Assembly: GCA_047495785.1 (NCBI GenBank) | Contig: JBLDXI010000014.1 | Span: 62,001-126,000, forward strand | DNA: 64,000 bases | From: Lepidodermella squamata | Lineage: Eukaryota > Animalia > Gastrotricha | Reading direction: 5' to 3' | Part shown: positions 22,601-36,661 of the stretch, one piece after another | Layout of the letters: every line of letters starts with the position of its first letter | Numbering within the stretch: position 1 is the first letter of the stretch | The notes under the pieces: model-generated | Databases searched by the model: none | What the model saw: only the letters and a program-made list of their open reading frames with translations | What the model was told of the DNA's origin: nothing | Made by a program: the position numbers and the translations under genes

Positions 22601-25600
22601 TTCGTAATGAAAACGCAGCGGCAGCGGGTTGGACTTGGCATCAGTGACTATAGCCGACAAATTGTCCGGGAGAGCGCGAACAACAGACGACTCGATGATG
22701 AAAAACGTTTCCTCGTTAACAAAGGCCATCTCAACACCTGGACCAGAGACGACAAGTGAATAGCCGCGATCTTCGGCCGATAAATCCAAAGGCGAGCCAG
22801 CAACGTGGACACCCCACAATTGAACCGACAAACGATAGATTCCCGGTCTCGGAGGCACGAATTCGACCACGCCCATTGAATGATCGTCGGGCGATAACGG
22901 CTGGAAGGCGTGAGCGATCAATTCAGCGCGAAGCATGTCTCCGTCATCATCAGCGTCAGCAGCTTCTTGACTAATATAATAGCCTACTTTAACTGCAGCG
23001 GTTTGGTACCACATGTCATAACACGAGCGGGCAACTCCGTGCAAGTCGACATCAACCAGTGCCGGGGCGTTGGCCTGCACCGGGTGCGGCATTCTCGCGT
23101 AGATGGCGACCGAACTTGGGTCGAGGACATGCCATGAAAACGAAGGCGCAGTTGGTGCCAAGACAATGGGCTTGTGGCCATAGAATAACACGGCTCGGTA
23201 TGTGCCCTGTTGAGTCGGGATGTAGTTCGCCGAAAGTGGTGGAGGGCGGATGTCGATTGAATCTACCGTGACCGAATTCTCGATGATTCGTCGCGATATA
23301 CCGTTAGTCATTGGTACCAGTTCAAGCTGGCACTTCTTCTGTTTGCTCTCAGCAGGATTAACTGAGTAGTCATCTTCGATAATTTCTTGGAGTTGAGCGC
23401 CGAAATTCAAGGTACCCTCGCTTTGACTGTCTTCATTAGGCGGGAAAATCACAACTTTGTAGGTGTATTGGGTGAATCCATTAGGATCGACAGCAAGAGG
23501 CAGTGGCTTGTTGATAAAGCATGGGAAGGCAAGGTCGGCTTTCAGTTGCTGCCCATTTACCAGAAGTTGCGGCTGGGTAGTAGCGTACACAGTGAAAGGA
23601 CTCGATTTAATGTCTCGACCGTTGAACGCCACGTTGATGACCAATTCGCCAACAACAAGCGGCGTGAATTCGAGATTGAACGAAGTTTTAGATCTCTGTG
23701 TAATTTCATTCGGAACCGGCTGCGACGCTAGGCCATTCCGACTGGCCTCACTGTTCTCCGAAGCGTACACGACATAGACCTCCAAGTCTCCGAGGCCAGC
23801 AGCTTTGCACTGAATAATGTACTTGGCTGGGATATTAACTGCGACACATTCAGGCCCCACAAGACTGACAGCATTAGCATCGTAGGTTGACAGATGAATA
23901 GGGTTAGAAGCCATGCTTCGATCAACGTAGGCTGCCATGGTCCAGCGACCCACACTTCTCGGCGTCCATTTGAATAAATAAACGTTCATGCCGACAGAAT
24001 TGATGGGCGCTAAGCTTTCCTCCTCGGTCAAACCTCTGCTCGACTCTTCTATAAAACAAAGCATGATTTTAGAATTATGCTCAAACAAACTTAAGCAAAA
24101 GCTAACTTTTCAAAATGACAACGACTTTGCGGTTCCAAGCATTATCGCGCTCGTCTGGGTCCATTTCAGAAAAGGAAATGCTTTTGTTGAGCGAGCCGTC
24201 GTTGGCATTGCTGGTTTTCACGGAGACACTGAACGGCAGAGACTGTCCGATTTGCAACTTGACGCCCTCATCAACGCCAAATATTTGAACCTGACTGCTT
24301 CGCGGTTGCTCTTCGCGTCGAGCAAAAGAGCCAGTGTAGGTAGCAACGCTTTCATTGTAAAGCGTTGATTCAAATTCTTTGCCGAAATTGATCGATGAAA
24401 CGGTGGAGATGTTTTGCAGCGTTGATGAAGCCGAAGGGTGGCTCAAATAACTACTAGGTCTTCGCTCCATTATTATTTTTCAAATAAAATTTCAATTTGA
24501 AAACTAAGCACTGAAAAAAATCGCGCGCGTGTGGAACAAACAAGCACGTGCCTAATATACACGCGCTCATTATTTTTGAAGGAAAATGCTTACTCGTGAT
24601 TCGGACTTGAAATCCGCCTTCGCGAACTGCCGATGCAGAAACCGGCATATGAATGGTGAAGGAAACGGAAACCGAAGCTGGGACGGGTTGGTTGATACCA
24701 TCGCCATCGACTCTGACACGCGCCGGGTCGTACACTTCGCACACAAATGGCGAGCCTGAAAAACCGAAAGTTAGTAATGTGATAAAATACTGAGGCGAAA
24801 TTCTAAAACCTGCACGGCTATTCTCCTCGGTAGAGGAGCTATCATCTTCGGCAATGACTTCAATTTCGCGCCGGGTATTAATCATTTTGAGCATTTAGAA
24901 ACGCGCGTAGATTTCGCAAAACTCAACTAGAGAGCAAAGATTTGACGCAACTGCGCGAGCCGCGGCAAGGTGGCGGCGAGCGACCAGCTGAAAATGTACA
25001 GGTAAATACGTGGCGCAGTTTTTGTAAGAGTAACAGAGCTGGCAGCGGCACGCTACAAACACGAAGCGGTTACCGGCCTGTGCGACGACGCAAGATACGC
25101 GAAGAAGCGTCGCTAGAAAGGTGATAGGCTTCGCACGTAGGCACACGGCTGTGAGCGACGAGTGTTGTTCTTTCGAAATGAGCAAATAGAGAGCGAGCGA
25201 GCTATCAGCGACGCCGCACAAGATAACTAACATACAATAAACAGACCGCGGGCTCCGTCAACACCGAGGGTAGTAGCTGCGCATCACTGGACGGCTAGTC
25301 TCGGATTTAACGATCAAGATGACACCTCGGCAGTACAGCAGCTCATCAGCTCAAACAAAGATAACGCGCTAATTATTGTCTCAGCGCCACTAGATCCTCT
25401 TTGCGGTGGTGTGGAGACTTTTCGCAGCTACACAGACATGTCATCGCAATAATGTACACGGCGATTTTCATCTCAACAAATACTCTTGCGCTCGCTCTTT
25501 TTTAGCTCAGCTTTTATAACAAGTTGCTATTTGCTCTAGCTTAGGTATTGTTTGCTCAACTTACAGACTTCTTACAGACATTCTCAGAAATCACTTATCA

Positions 25601-28600
25601 CCTATCGGCTCTATCACCAACTTTTTTTTATAAATTGCAATGACGCTTGCGGTTGTTTCACATAACTATCATACTTTATTATACCTAAGCAGGTATCTTA
25701 CTATAAAAATAAAGGAGCGAAATCGGAATGGGTCATGTATATCCGGTCTAGTCCACATTTCTGCCCAACATTTGCACGGATTCGCAAGGAACCAAACGTT
25801 CCCGTAGACTTTTAACTGCGGTACTGTTTGATGCCCAAATTGATTTTAAGCAATAAAAACTGCAACGCATGTATCGCTAGCAAGGTATTAGTGATAACCC
25901 AGAATCTGGTTCCTCCTGAAAATAAGTTTAAACGTAAGTATATTTTACCTGGTACAGGATGGCCATTGAATTGGACGTCCAAGAAATGGTCACCGCCGAC
26001 GTCGGGTACAAAGCGCACGTTATACGAAGTAGCTGACTGGCGATCGATGCTACGCGGCACATCGCCATTGTTGATCTGAACGTCTAGCTCGCCCTCGCCA
26101 GCCAACTTGAGATCGACGGGGACCTCGACGGCCTCGTTGATCACGCCGATGGGGATCGGGCCGACCTGAACTCCGCTCGGATTGTAGACCATGACGTGAA
26201 CGGGCGAGCCCTCCACCGGTTTGCCGTCGTACGTCAACTCGATTACATGCGCACCGATACGCGTCGGGATAAACTGAACTTTCTGCACGCCGTCACGCGG
26301 TCGTAGAATCTCAGCGCGAGTTGAGAATCCGGACGGGTCTGTAACAACAGCCTTCAATTCACGCTGATGCGACGCCGCCACGTCGAAAGAGCACGGCGCG
26401 TTCGCAACCGCCAAACGACCTGGCTGCCCGGCCAAATGCGCTGGCGGGATGGCATCCTCGACCTGCACAACCCACGGGCTGCCAGGTACCGGCATCGTAT
26501 TGAACGCGATCTCGACGTGGTGAGGACGCGCCTGTTCCGGCACGAAGGTGGCTCGGAACTGCCGACCGCCAAGGGCCTGCACGCCGCACTGCACCTGGCC
26601 CTTGTTGATCATAATCTCCATATTGCCGACACCAGCCTGGCTTGCGTCGATATCGAACGCAACAGTCTGCCCGACGCGACCCTGTTTCGGCATGTTAACG
26701 ACAAGGACCTTTGTCACGTCAAAAGCGCGGATTGTGAACGGGCTGTTTTCGATCGGCATCTGGCCGTAAGCGACGTCGAGGCGGTGTGAACCAGTTTCGA
26801 ACGGCGTGTAATGTACTGTCATGTTCTGGGCATCGTCGACAAGCCGCCGGATAGGCAGTACATTGCCACTGGGCGACTTCAGAACGATGGTCATGTCTTG
26901 CGGGTTAGCGCCCGCCATGTCGACGTGAAAGGTGGCCTCACGGTTGACAGGCACCATGCCAAGGCCATCGCCGCTCACGGAGATGAGCCGATGATCGACA
27001 CAGTTGGTGCCGAATGGCGAACCGGGCGCGTCGTGGCCAGCGAAGACCACGCGAATAACGTGGTGCCCAGGTGCCTGCGGCGTGAATGTCACCGCGTACT
27101 GACTGGGCGATTCGCGCTGAATCGAGGCCGGCACCTTGTGTCCTCCAGGCGCCGTTACCTCGATACCGAGTTCAGCGTTGCCCGCGCGTGCTGTGTCGAT
27201 GTAGAAAGTGACGGGGCGGGCCAGTGTGCATGACTCGGGGATGTTGTGAATACGAATGCCGTTCGGATCGTAAACGCTCACCATGAAAGGACTGCCGTGG
27301 CAGTGTTCGTTGTTGTACAGCACCGATATCTGCCACAGACCTAGTTCGTTGGGCGTGAACTTAGCCAGAAAAACGCCGCCGCTAATTTCTGACACGTTAA
27401 TTTGAGAAACTGCACCACTTGGTGATCGAGTTTCGACTCGCAGCTTCTTCTTATCAGCACCCATAGCCGTCACCTGTTTTCAAAAAAAACATATATTTAG
27501 CAATTAGCAGTGATTCGAAATAGTAAGGCATTAGTCTAATAACAGTCTCATGCAGTGAATTAATTATCAATAAGACCTGAATCTTCTTGTCGCAGATGTA
27601 CAAGTAAGACGATGATGATTCCTCCATGCTGGTACTTGAGAATTAAAAAATAACGTAAAACAAGATCAGACACGTGTTGGCTCGACTGACTGACTGACTC
27701 GACTCAACTGCAGCTACTGCTGTTACAACTATAGCAGTAATAGTGCCAAGGTGATGCAGCAATAAAATCCAAACAATAAGTGAGATACAATATGTTTGCC
27801 GAAATGTAATAAAAAACACAGAGACCAAATTATTAGACACACTAGTGTAACAATATACTAGGTGCAAGCAGCGAACAGAACTACTTAGTCAGGAGAAACT
27901 AACGCGAAACCGACGTTCCATCTTGTCAAATAAATTGTACGAACCCAGCTCCTGCAGCTGCAGAAAATTTTACACAAAAACATATATAGGTGTTCGACGT
28001 TAGTCTTTTTTCAGCTCCCAACTATTTTTGCGGCGCAAAGCCGCCGCCAGTCGACATCAAACAATTTGGCAAACGGGTCACGTTCGACGACGCAAAAACT
28101 CGCGAAAGCCCGGGAAAACACTTGAGATTTCTTAGGCTTTACTTGTTTCTTGTGTAGGAATTACACGCGAACAAAAATAAAAAATATTTGTATGAACCTT
28201 GAATTCTGAATTGAGTGGGAAATGAAGAAGACGCTCGGCGGCTGAATCCGAGTTCGAAGCGGCGCTTTTCGGGCGCGGCTGGGCGCCGGGCGACGCCGCC
28301 ACCATGTTGACCTCGGTGGGCGACTCGATGTACTCGATTGATGGATCCGGGTCATCTTGATTGTAAGTATAAACTGAGTGGCGCACGAAGCGCGTCTCCG
28401 TCGAACTCTTCACATGCGACGTCTTTTCTGATGGGCTGTAAATATCGGGCGACGCCATCGAAATGTCCCACGGATGAATGGCTGGTGTAAACCTCACTCA
28501 ATCTCACATAAAATTAACGTTCAACTTCTAGATAACACCGATGCTAAAATGATTGCTATGAACATGAAACAAGCGTGCGGCAAATAGTTGATACATAACA

Positions 28601-31600
28601 TTTTACGACGTCCCACCGATTGCGAGAAAGATAATTCAGGAGAGAGACAAATGGGAAATTCTACTACAGGTGAGCTATTCGATATTTCGACACTCAAAGC
28701 ACTTTGGTAATAAACTTCAGCGGAAGTGTCAATTCCAGAAACTAAATTCTAAAGAATTCCGACTTGTTACTAGCCGGCAAATAAAAAGAAATTAAATATG
28801 AAAGGAATCGCAGCCAGTGACAATTTGTTAGAGAGGGGTCAAGTCATTTTTCTCTTCAGAAATATAAAATTGCAGACATGTGCTTCCAGGCTGAAAAATA
28901 TAGCTTTGATATCTATGTAAGGATGATCCTTCATTGAACGAAGACGAAAGATCGATAGGCTCTACCAATAAATTGCTGCCATCCTAAGACATTTTTCAGC
29001 GGAAGGTCAGCAAGACTAAGCTAGCTGAAGAGATACTTCATTTTTAATTGGAGTCTGTGCCATAGAAAATAGGGCAGCTCGACATCAACAGCGAAAATCT
29101 ATAATTTCAGGACAAGGTGAGGATATTGAGACAAGGTGTACACTAATGATTTCTATGTCTAAAGGTTCAAACAACTCTACAAATCAATTGAATCAGTTGG
29201 CTCAAAGTCAAACACCTAATGGCGAGCTTTTAATCGCACGTATCGCTAATATGTGGGAAAAAGATGGCTGAGGAATTTGGGTCACATGAGGACAGTTTGT
29301 TTAGGGAAGGAGGAGAAATGCCAGACGAAAAAACGGATGGGCCGAAAGAGGACGATTTCGCGTAAAGCGTGTTCGCGATGCTGCAGATTCAAATGCGTGC
29401 GACGAGATTGCGCGGAAACATAAGACATGGAATGGGCGGGTATATGTGTATGTTGGGAAGATAATGGAAGTAAATCGGCGCAGAAAATGGCGTAGGACAT
29501 GCACTAGTGGCAGCGAGGCTGGTTGATGCGTTAATACGCCGGCGCGTTGTTGGCGCAGCGGAACAGGCGGGTTGTCTGTCCCGAGTTGGCGCGGCGCTCG
29601 AGATAGTGTACTACGGAAGCACGGCCTGTGACCTGAGCGCCGATGCTGTGAAACGCGCAAGATAAACGATAGGTAAGAGCTAAAGCAAACGATCGTACAA
29701 GCAACTAGTAATGGAACACTAATGTATATTGTTATTGCTGCGAGTTTTATGACTGTTCGTCACCGCCATGTAATGACATAGCTTCGTGGGGCTCGTAGCA
29801 CGGTGTTCAGGTGAGCATGAGTAGGGCACCACTATTTGTGCTTGTATTTATTATGTGCCGCCAAACTCACGTGTGCCGCATATGTAATAAAATAATAATA
29901 GTAATGATATTACTAATAATATCATGCGGCTCGGAATGATTACACGATACAAAGCCATTTTGGCTATACGACAGACGCAGCCGAGAAACATCTCGGGCAA
30001 GCGCCAGCCGCAGAGCCGCTCGCGCACGCGCGGCTCCATTACACACCGAGCGAGCAAGAAGATACCTGTTGTCGCGTGTGTTAACGCTTGTGAAGGTGAG
30101 GCGGCGAATGACTTCACGCGCAGATGATAACTGCAATGATGACTTCGCTTAACAATTGAGTTGTTGGCGCCGCCGCCAAAATGAACGACTACACGATCAA
30201 GATACGAGTATAAATGAGTGTAAACTGGTAAATGAACGAAGATGGTCAGGGATAGGCAGCACACGCTGCAAGCCATGCAAAAACGTAGTACATGTGTAGA
30301 TGGTTGGTAAGGTGAAAGTGCGGATCTTCATCTGTCCAAATAAAACAACCGGTTATATTTCTTCGGCTGTTGTCAATGTTGCCACTGGGCTGCATCATTA
30401 CTCAATGACATTTTTATTTGTCGTCGTTGGAGAAAACAACACACGAGTATTCGGTCGTCGCTTATCCCGCTGCAGCTAAGGGTATTTCTTTCAAGTTTAT
30501 ACAATACATTACCAAATTATAAATTCATGCAGTATAACAAAAACACTCGGCGCCTGGTAAAATAGCAACGTCTTTTTGCCCATTGAAAACGGAAAATTAC
30601 AACCGGCGTCCGCGTGCCAAAAGCGGTAGGTGCTACATGTGTGAAAAGGCATCCGCTGCTGGTGAATTAGCTGCTGTAGCAATACGTAACGAACCGGCAG
30701 GTAACAGGCAACCGCCAACAATTATACGCGGAAAAACAACAACATTAAAAAGAAACGATATCGCTGCGTCTTGACGGAAGGAACGCGGCCACACGCCAAA
30801 ACGAAAACGACGCCGGGCGAACAGACATTGCGACTAGACGCTCACGAAAACTGGTACGGCGCATCTTCACGGGACATTATTCAAGCAGTAGTCACTAACT
30901 GTAGCAGTCAACTATTAGACTAATCTTGTTATGAGCATGAAGTTACGTATGCTTCATAACAAGATAAATATCAGCCTGGTAATTTATCATCTAAATATGT
31001 GTCGTTTTGGGTAAAGCCTACTCAGCTGCTATGAGCATACCCGAATTCTGTTAACTTCGCCATCCTTCAACAATAATGGAGAATCAGTAATAAGATAAAC
31101 ACATAAATTAGGCTCAAGTCACACAGGCGTCATGCATGTAACATTAAGTGAATAGTGATCACGTACCTTGAGGTCAACCGGCTTGCGTAGCGCTACTGAG
31201 TCCAGCTTTGAAATGTGGACGGAATTCGGATCAAACAGATTGCGTCGTCCACGGCCTTCCTCATAAGCTGCCTGCAACATCGCGGCGTATGCCATCACAC
31301 CTATATAGATAACGTAGCATTAGATAACTCGCTAAGAAGTACTGCAAGTGAAGGATTCGCTAAGGAAATCAATGAGCAGCTAATTATAAACCAGAAATAC
31401 CACAGGTACGGATCATGAAAGGAAACAAATATGTACCTAACTATCTAAAAATTGATCGGAGAGTCTCGTCGAAGCCACGAAATATCAAACATGCAATAAT
31501 TAGGTCATGCCGTTCGATATCGCATTTTTTGACAAATATGTCCACTTACCCAAGTGGTCGTCTGTAGCTGTTGCCATATCACCAGCAGTAATTAGAGGAT

Positions 31601-34600
31601 CCACGCCGAAGTTCTGCTCTGCAGAATCGATACCACGCTGGCAGTTGGCGATGTGATCTCGAGGGTCGCCACTGCGGTCCGGAGTCAGCTGACCTCCGCA
31701 GGCTTCAACCAGCTTGCAGACGACAGCGCCATCGTTCCAATCGGTTGTAAAATTGCTCAACTTTGGTGAGTTCAGCATCTTTCGGCACCAGTTTAGAGTA
31801 GCCAGGTAGCCAGGGCCATCGGGTTTCATAAAATACGACAGGAAAGTCATTCCCGAAAACTCGTCAAGAGATGGATTGTGCAAATCTTCAGCGCGAAGAA
31901 TTGGAGGGATACCCAAGTTCTGCTGGGCCGAATTCATAGCTTGGCGACAGTTTTCCAGGCCAGCTCGGCGATCCAGAGACGGCCAGTTGGGCGCCAAACC
32001 AGGCTTGCAATAATCGAGAAGACCACTGAAATTAGAAAAATCTGGTTAACAGCCAGCCATAAGAGACTTGAATCCTCATCGGAATTAAGGGATAGATACG
32101 GGCGACAAGACAGACGGCGCCAACAAATTGTGCGTTATCTTCTTGAGTCATACTTCTGAATATGGATGGAATAACACGAATTTCAAACTGCTTACTTCCT
32201 TTTAAGCTGTTTTTGCTAATGAAAATGAAAAAGATGAGACCTTCCCCCGACCACGCGATACCCTCCCTGACACCGCCAACATCACAATTCGGATATTTAC
32301 ACAGGGAAATCAATTTTCGGATATCCGCAAAATATTGGTACCGCCTTGTAGAGCATGTAATTCTGAGTAAAACGAGGCTAGACACTTGGGGTCTCAAACC
32401 TAACGGGTCGGCTGAGGATGGTCTCAAATAGCAAAAAATGCCTCAGGACTCCCGAAATAGCGCAATTTTGGGGGTCTTGGTCCGCGGCAAATCACTATTT
32501 CCTTTTCCAAAAATTTACATTAAAATATTTTTTCTCAGATAATGAAAGCGAAATAATTAATAAAACTTAATAAAATAATAAAACAAGGACGATTTTGGTG
32601 ACCTGCGAACATCCGAATATTTAAAGAAAAGATGAACGTCCTAGGGCGTCGGCTATAAGCCTATTAATGATAACTGTGTGCGCCTGAATTTTTTTGTAAA
32701 TAAAAAAAGCACGGTTTCGTGGTATCAGAGAGTTGAACTTCTGCAGGTATATTTCTATGGGTAAATTAAAATCACTCAAATCTAAATGGAGCCCAGCCTA
32801 AATCAATCATTGCATCATTTCATCATAAATAATTGCAAATCCAATTAGTGATATTAAGACCACAATAATATTACCCGCAATCAAATGCAATGCGCCGTGT
32901 ATAACAGATAGATTCCAACAGAATCCTTAATGAAAATCAGGGGCGTAACCAGGAACATTTTGTGGTAGTTGCTAAGGATCTGAGAGAGACATTTGTATTT
33001 TTCTCAGGATAATCCAAGGTCGGCGAGTGCCGAAATTTAATAGGAAATATTTAAGTTATCGGGATTTCAAGCTAAGCGAGACACTTTTTGAAAATTTTGC
33101 GATTATTTCCTCCACGTTAAAAGCAATTTAAGCCATTTTCTGAGATAATAAATTGAAGAGGGGTTTTCGAGTTTTCATTTTGGTAGTTGTTTGAACAATC
33201 AAGACAACCAGCTGGTTACGCCCCTGATGAACATGAAGTCAAATTTTCGCAATACGTTACCGTCACTCTTTGACTTTAAGACTTTAAACTTAAGCAAATC
33301 AATTGTGAATTAATGTCCACGGCTCTTAGGACGAAATAGCGTCACTGCCCGATTACTGAAGTGTAGCGGCGGCTATAACATGATTTACTCAAGCCCAAAG
33401 GTATCTTGCTCAAGAAAAATCACTTTCTACTCCAATCATTTACAAAATTTCAGCCGATATAATTCAGCGAACACATCAGTTGGCAATTTCGAGCATGGGA
33501 AAACTGGATATTCAACTTTCAGCATCAACTTCGTTGATCTGTATACAACAACTTTTTCAAAGTTCCAAGTTCAAAGAGCACTCTTTGAGTGATATTCTAA
33601 CAAAAGTATCCGATTCCGGCGGAGAACTCGAAAGAAAACAATAGAATTTAAACTGAATCTCGACGACTCGATCAATAAAAAAATTCGCCTTCTTAACTCA
33701 CCTGAGCGCGATACCATCATTCCAATCCGCGTTGAAATTGCGAATGCCCATGCCGGGAACGACTGAATTAAGCCAAGCCAGCATGAGTTTACGAGGCGGA
33801 ACCCTCGCCGCATTGCGGCCAATCTGATAGTGCAGAATAAGAGACCAAATGACGCCGAGAATAAGCTTGAGGTTGCCATTCATAAGATCCTCGGCACCTG
33901 AAATAAAAGAAAAAAATTAAGTTCATAGCTATCACTGTTATTCCCTATCGGGACTTCAATTATCATCATCGTCATAGTCACCCTCTTTATTCGACTTTCT
34001 TTTTTACTTTTCGATGTAATCAATGAATACTGGCAGGGCTATGTCTGAGTTACGAGTATAAATCACGAACTGTTTACTTTTGACTGAGAAAGTAAACGCG
34101 CAGTATCACTGCGACATATCCGCGGCAATGAAGGCGGCATACAACAGCGCACTTGAGAACAGCGGCGGCTGGCATAGGAAGTCGATGCGCATCAAGAAGC
34201 GGAAACACGCAACTACAGCCATGGATACACCGCCCAGGTAGCAAGGGAATGAAAAAGACACACATGAGCATGCACATAAACATCGACTTTCGCTTTCAAA
34301 CGAAGCCGCCCACAATTGAAGTAAACAACACCCCGTGTTCAGTTGTCTTTACAACCCGGCGTTGCAACTAATGATGCTAATTCGTGTCAGGCAATGCTGG
34401 AAGGCGTGCGCAACGCAACGCCCGGAACGCTGCAAACATTATGTTGACATTTCTAATGCAAATGCAAAACGAAAGAGTTCCAGATCTGCTGTAGTATTGG
34501 CTTATGATTCTTGCGATTAGCACTGGGTCCGTTGTCGGCAACACTGTTCGCAAATTTCACGTCAGACTTTAATAAGGGCGGCTACTTTTTTAAACGCGCT

Positions 34601-36661
34601 GGACAGCAGCAGCAGTAGCAGGGCTGCGAGGGCGCATGACAGACTGAGTTTGTTGTTTGCACTTATTTTTTCAAGTAGGTATGTTATGCTTTCTCGATCA
34701 TGTGCATTCCTCTTGAGAACGCTCGGGCCGCTGAAGGTTGAGGGTAGAAACGCACCGCGCAAAGCGCGCAGATCAAACACACTAGTAGAAAAAGCGACAA
34801 TAAAATCATAATAATCAGTGTATGTGGTGGTGAAATACGCCGATGCATGACCAATGGCGGGGAAGTAGCCCCAAATAAAAACAACGCCGCCTTCTTTTCA
34901 GCGCCCGCTACGAATGAGTGAGATTGACCATCATCATCATTATCGTCGTCATCATCGAATACAAAATGTAGAAGGGACATGAGTTACCGGCAGTCTGCAC
35001 ACTGTCTTAGGTAGGTTGCCCAGCGCGCTGCGTCATTATCTGCGCTCAAATAATAGCAGGCTAACAGACCGCCCTCCGACTTCGGCGGTCCACTCCGGCA
35101 CGAGACTTGCACAGGAAAAAACTCAACTATAAGGACGACAAACAAGAAAAGAAGCACGGTTTGGGCAAACATAACGTAGAGCTTCCGCATGCCTCCGCCG
35201 TTCGCTTCGAAAACACGCAGCCTCGAGGTGCTATATAGCAAGAGCAAAATAATAGCAGCAGTGGGCACGCGGCGGGAAGAACGAACCAAAGCGCCGGCGC
35301 TGAAGAACGCGCTTCTTTTTGAGCGCTCCGTGACACGCGTATGCATGCGTGACAAATGTTTACACAGCAGCAAACCAAAAGACGAAGTAAGAGATCGTAT
35401 TTCGAAGACAACCCAGATATAATCAGACGGAAAAAACTCTGTTCTGGTGATGGCTTTTTTCCTTATACATTGCGCACTGCTAGCTTTTCTGAATGACACC
35501 AGAGAAGCGCACAGCGCCATACCAGCAGCTGCATATAGTCATCCTGGAACGGTACGCGCGCGCGCCGCAACGAAGTGTAGCCTATAAGCGTGAGCGATGG
35601 TACTAGCGTTTGAGCGACATCTTATGCTCGCTCGCTCCCGTTATCATCTTCGTTTATATAAGTTCTATCATTATCACTCCTATTATTATTAGGTATACCC
35701 TGCACTGATTTATTCGGTAATATATGGCTAAAGCATATAACGTGTCGTATATTCATAAGCCATACATGCAGGTTAAACATTCTTCTACAGTCTACTACGC
35801 GCGCTGTAAAACGTAACCACGATAAAAATGTGACCTATGGCTGTAAAATAACATGACGACTCAGCGCTTTTTTTAGCGGATTGGTGTTGGTGTTCATGAC
35901 TATACATCACACGAAAGTTGAATACATTAAACGGAGCCTACGGCGGTGCGTACGAGGGTACGAAGCATTTTAAAGCAATTACAATCTGCCCGCTGACGGA
36001 GTATCTGCAACAAATCTACATGTAGGTTAAAAGCACGAGAAAATATGCTTTTGGCAATGTGAAACGTCACTGAGTGGGCAGTGAGAAAAAGTAAATGATA
36101 AAGATCATAGCGCGACATATCTCTCGTGCACATAGAAGAGATTAAATGATGCATACAATGATGACTAACAAATAATTCCTAGTACTGGCCAATTAAAATA
36201 ACTGAAACCAAATGAGACGGATAATTAAGGGCACTAGTGACGATAATATGCAATAAATAATACTTGAAAATCGTACCAATATTGACGAGCTTGATGTCCT
36301 CTTCTTGAATAGCTCTCAGAGCTAAATTGAGATTTTCCAAGAACTGATGTTGATTAAGGGGTCTCCGAACGACACGCCCAATTTTCCGCTTCTGCAGAAC
36401 TTCAACGAGTGCCACAAGGCGTAGGCCATCCATGAAATCATATTGCAAATCCTCAACAACTAGTTGCACGGGCTTGAGTTGATCGTTAATCCAGTTGGTA
36501 AAAGTGTTTTTCTGTATTTCGATCCAGGCATCCTCATTGTCTAACAGCGACATGGGTAAAGCTGCACGTCCTTCGGCGGATTGAATCCGCCGAGACGACG
36601 CGGAGTTGGTATCATATCCATACCCGAAGTCGTTATCCTCGTCAATAATATGCCACGACAT
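19601..36661 (-). CDS. jbug: Filamin, Jitterbug/FLN-2 type (three CH domains plus Ig-like filamin repeats), multi-exon
   Basis: N-terminal EGRAA...NEDAWIEIQKNTFTNW (CH1), GNLKLILGVIWSLILHYQ...DWNDGIAL (CH1/CH2), a second DWNDG motif (CH3) in the ~31.5-32.0 kb exon, many GSPF/YTP filamin repeats, and C-terminal RTIVCRYDPTEPGDY. Confidence 0.93.
21756..24470 (-). CDS. Divergent filamin-repeat protein (~864 aa) nested in a filamin intron, or an alternative 3' cassette of jbug
   Basis: Exons 24470-24107, 24048-22393 and 22330-21756 are joined by two short phase-1 GT-AG introns. It has its own ATG, a TAG, and AATAAA at 21708-21703. Degenerate filamin motifs (FTPLVVGEL..VAFNG..IKSSPF; PPRPGIY..VAGSPL). 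Confidence 0.75.
32938..33226. mobile_element. hAT-type MITE (289 bp) in a filamin intron
   Basis: Perfect 15-bp TIR CAGGGGCGTAACCAG (32938-32952 and reverse complement 33212-33226). Flanks ATGAAAAT / ATGAACAT form a 7/8 8-bp TSD. Confidence 0.88.

Noticed and set aside
19564-27233. Many overlapping antisense and alternate-frame ORFs over filamin
   Set aside because: Expected shadow ORFs of GC-rich coding exons.
29282-30276. GC-rich ORFs inside the large filamin intron
   Set aside because: No filamin motifs or convincing splice sites; more likely regulatory or UTR sequence.
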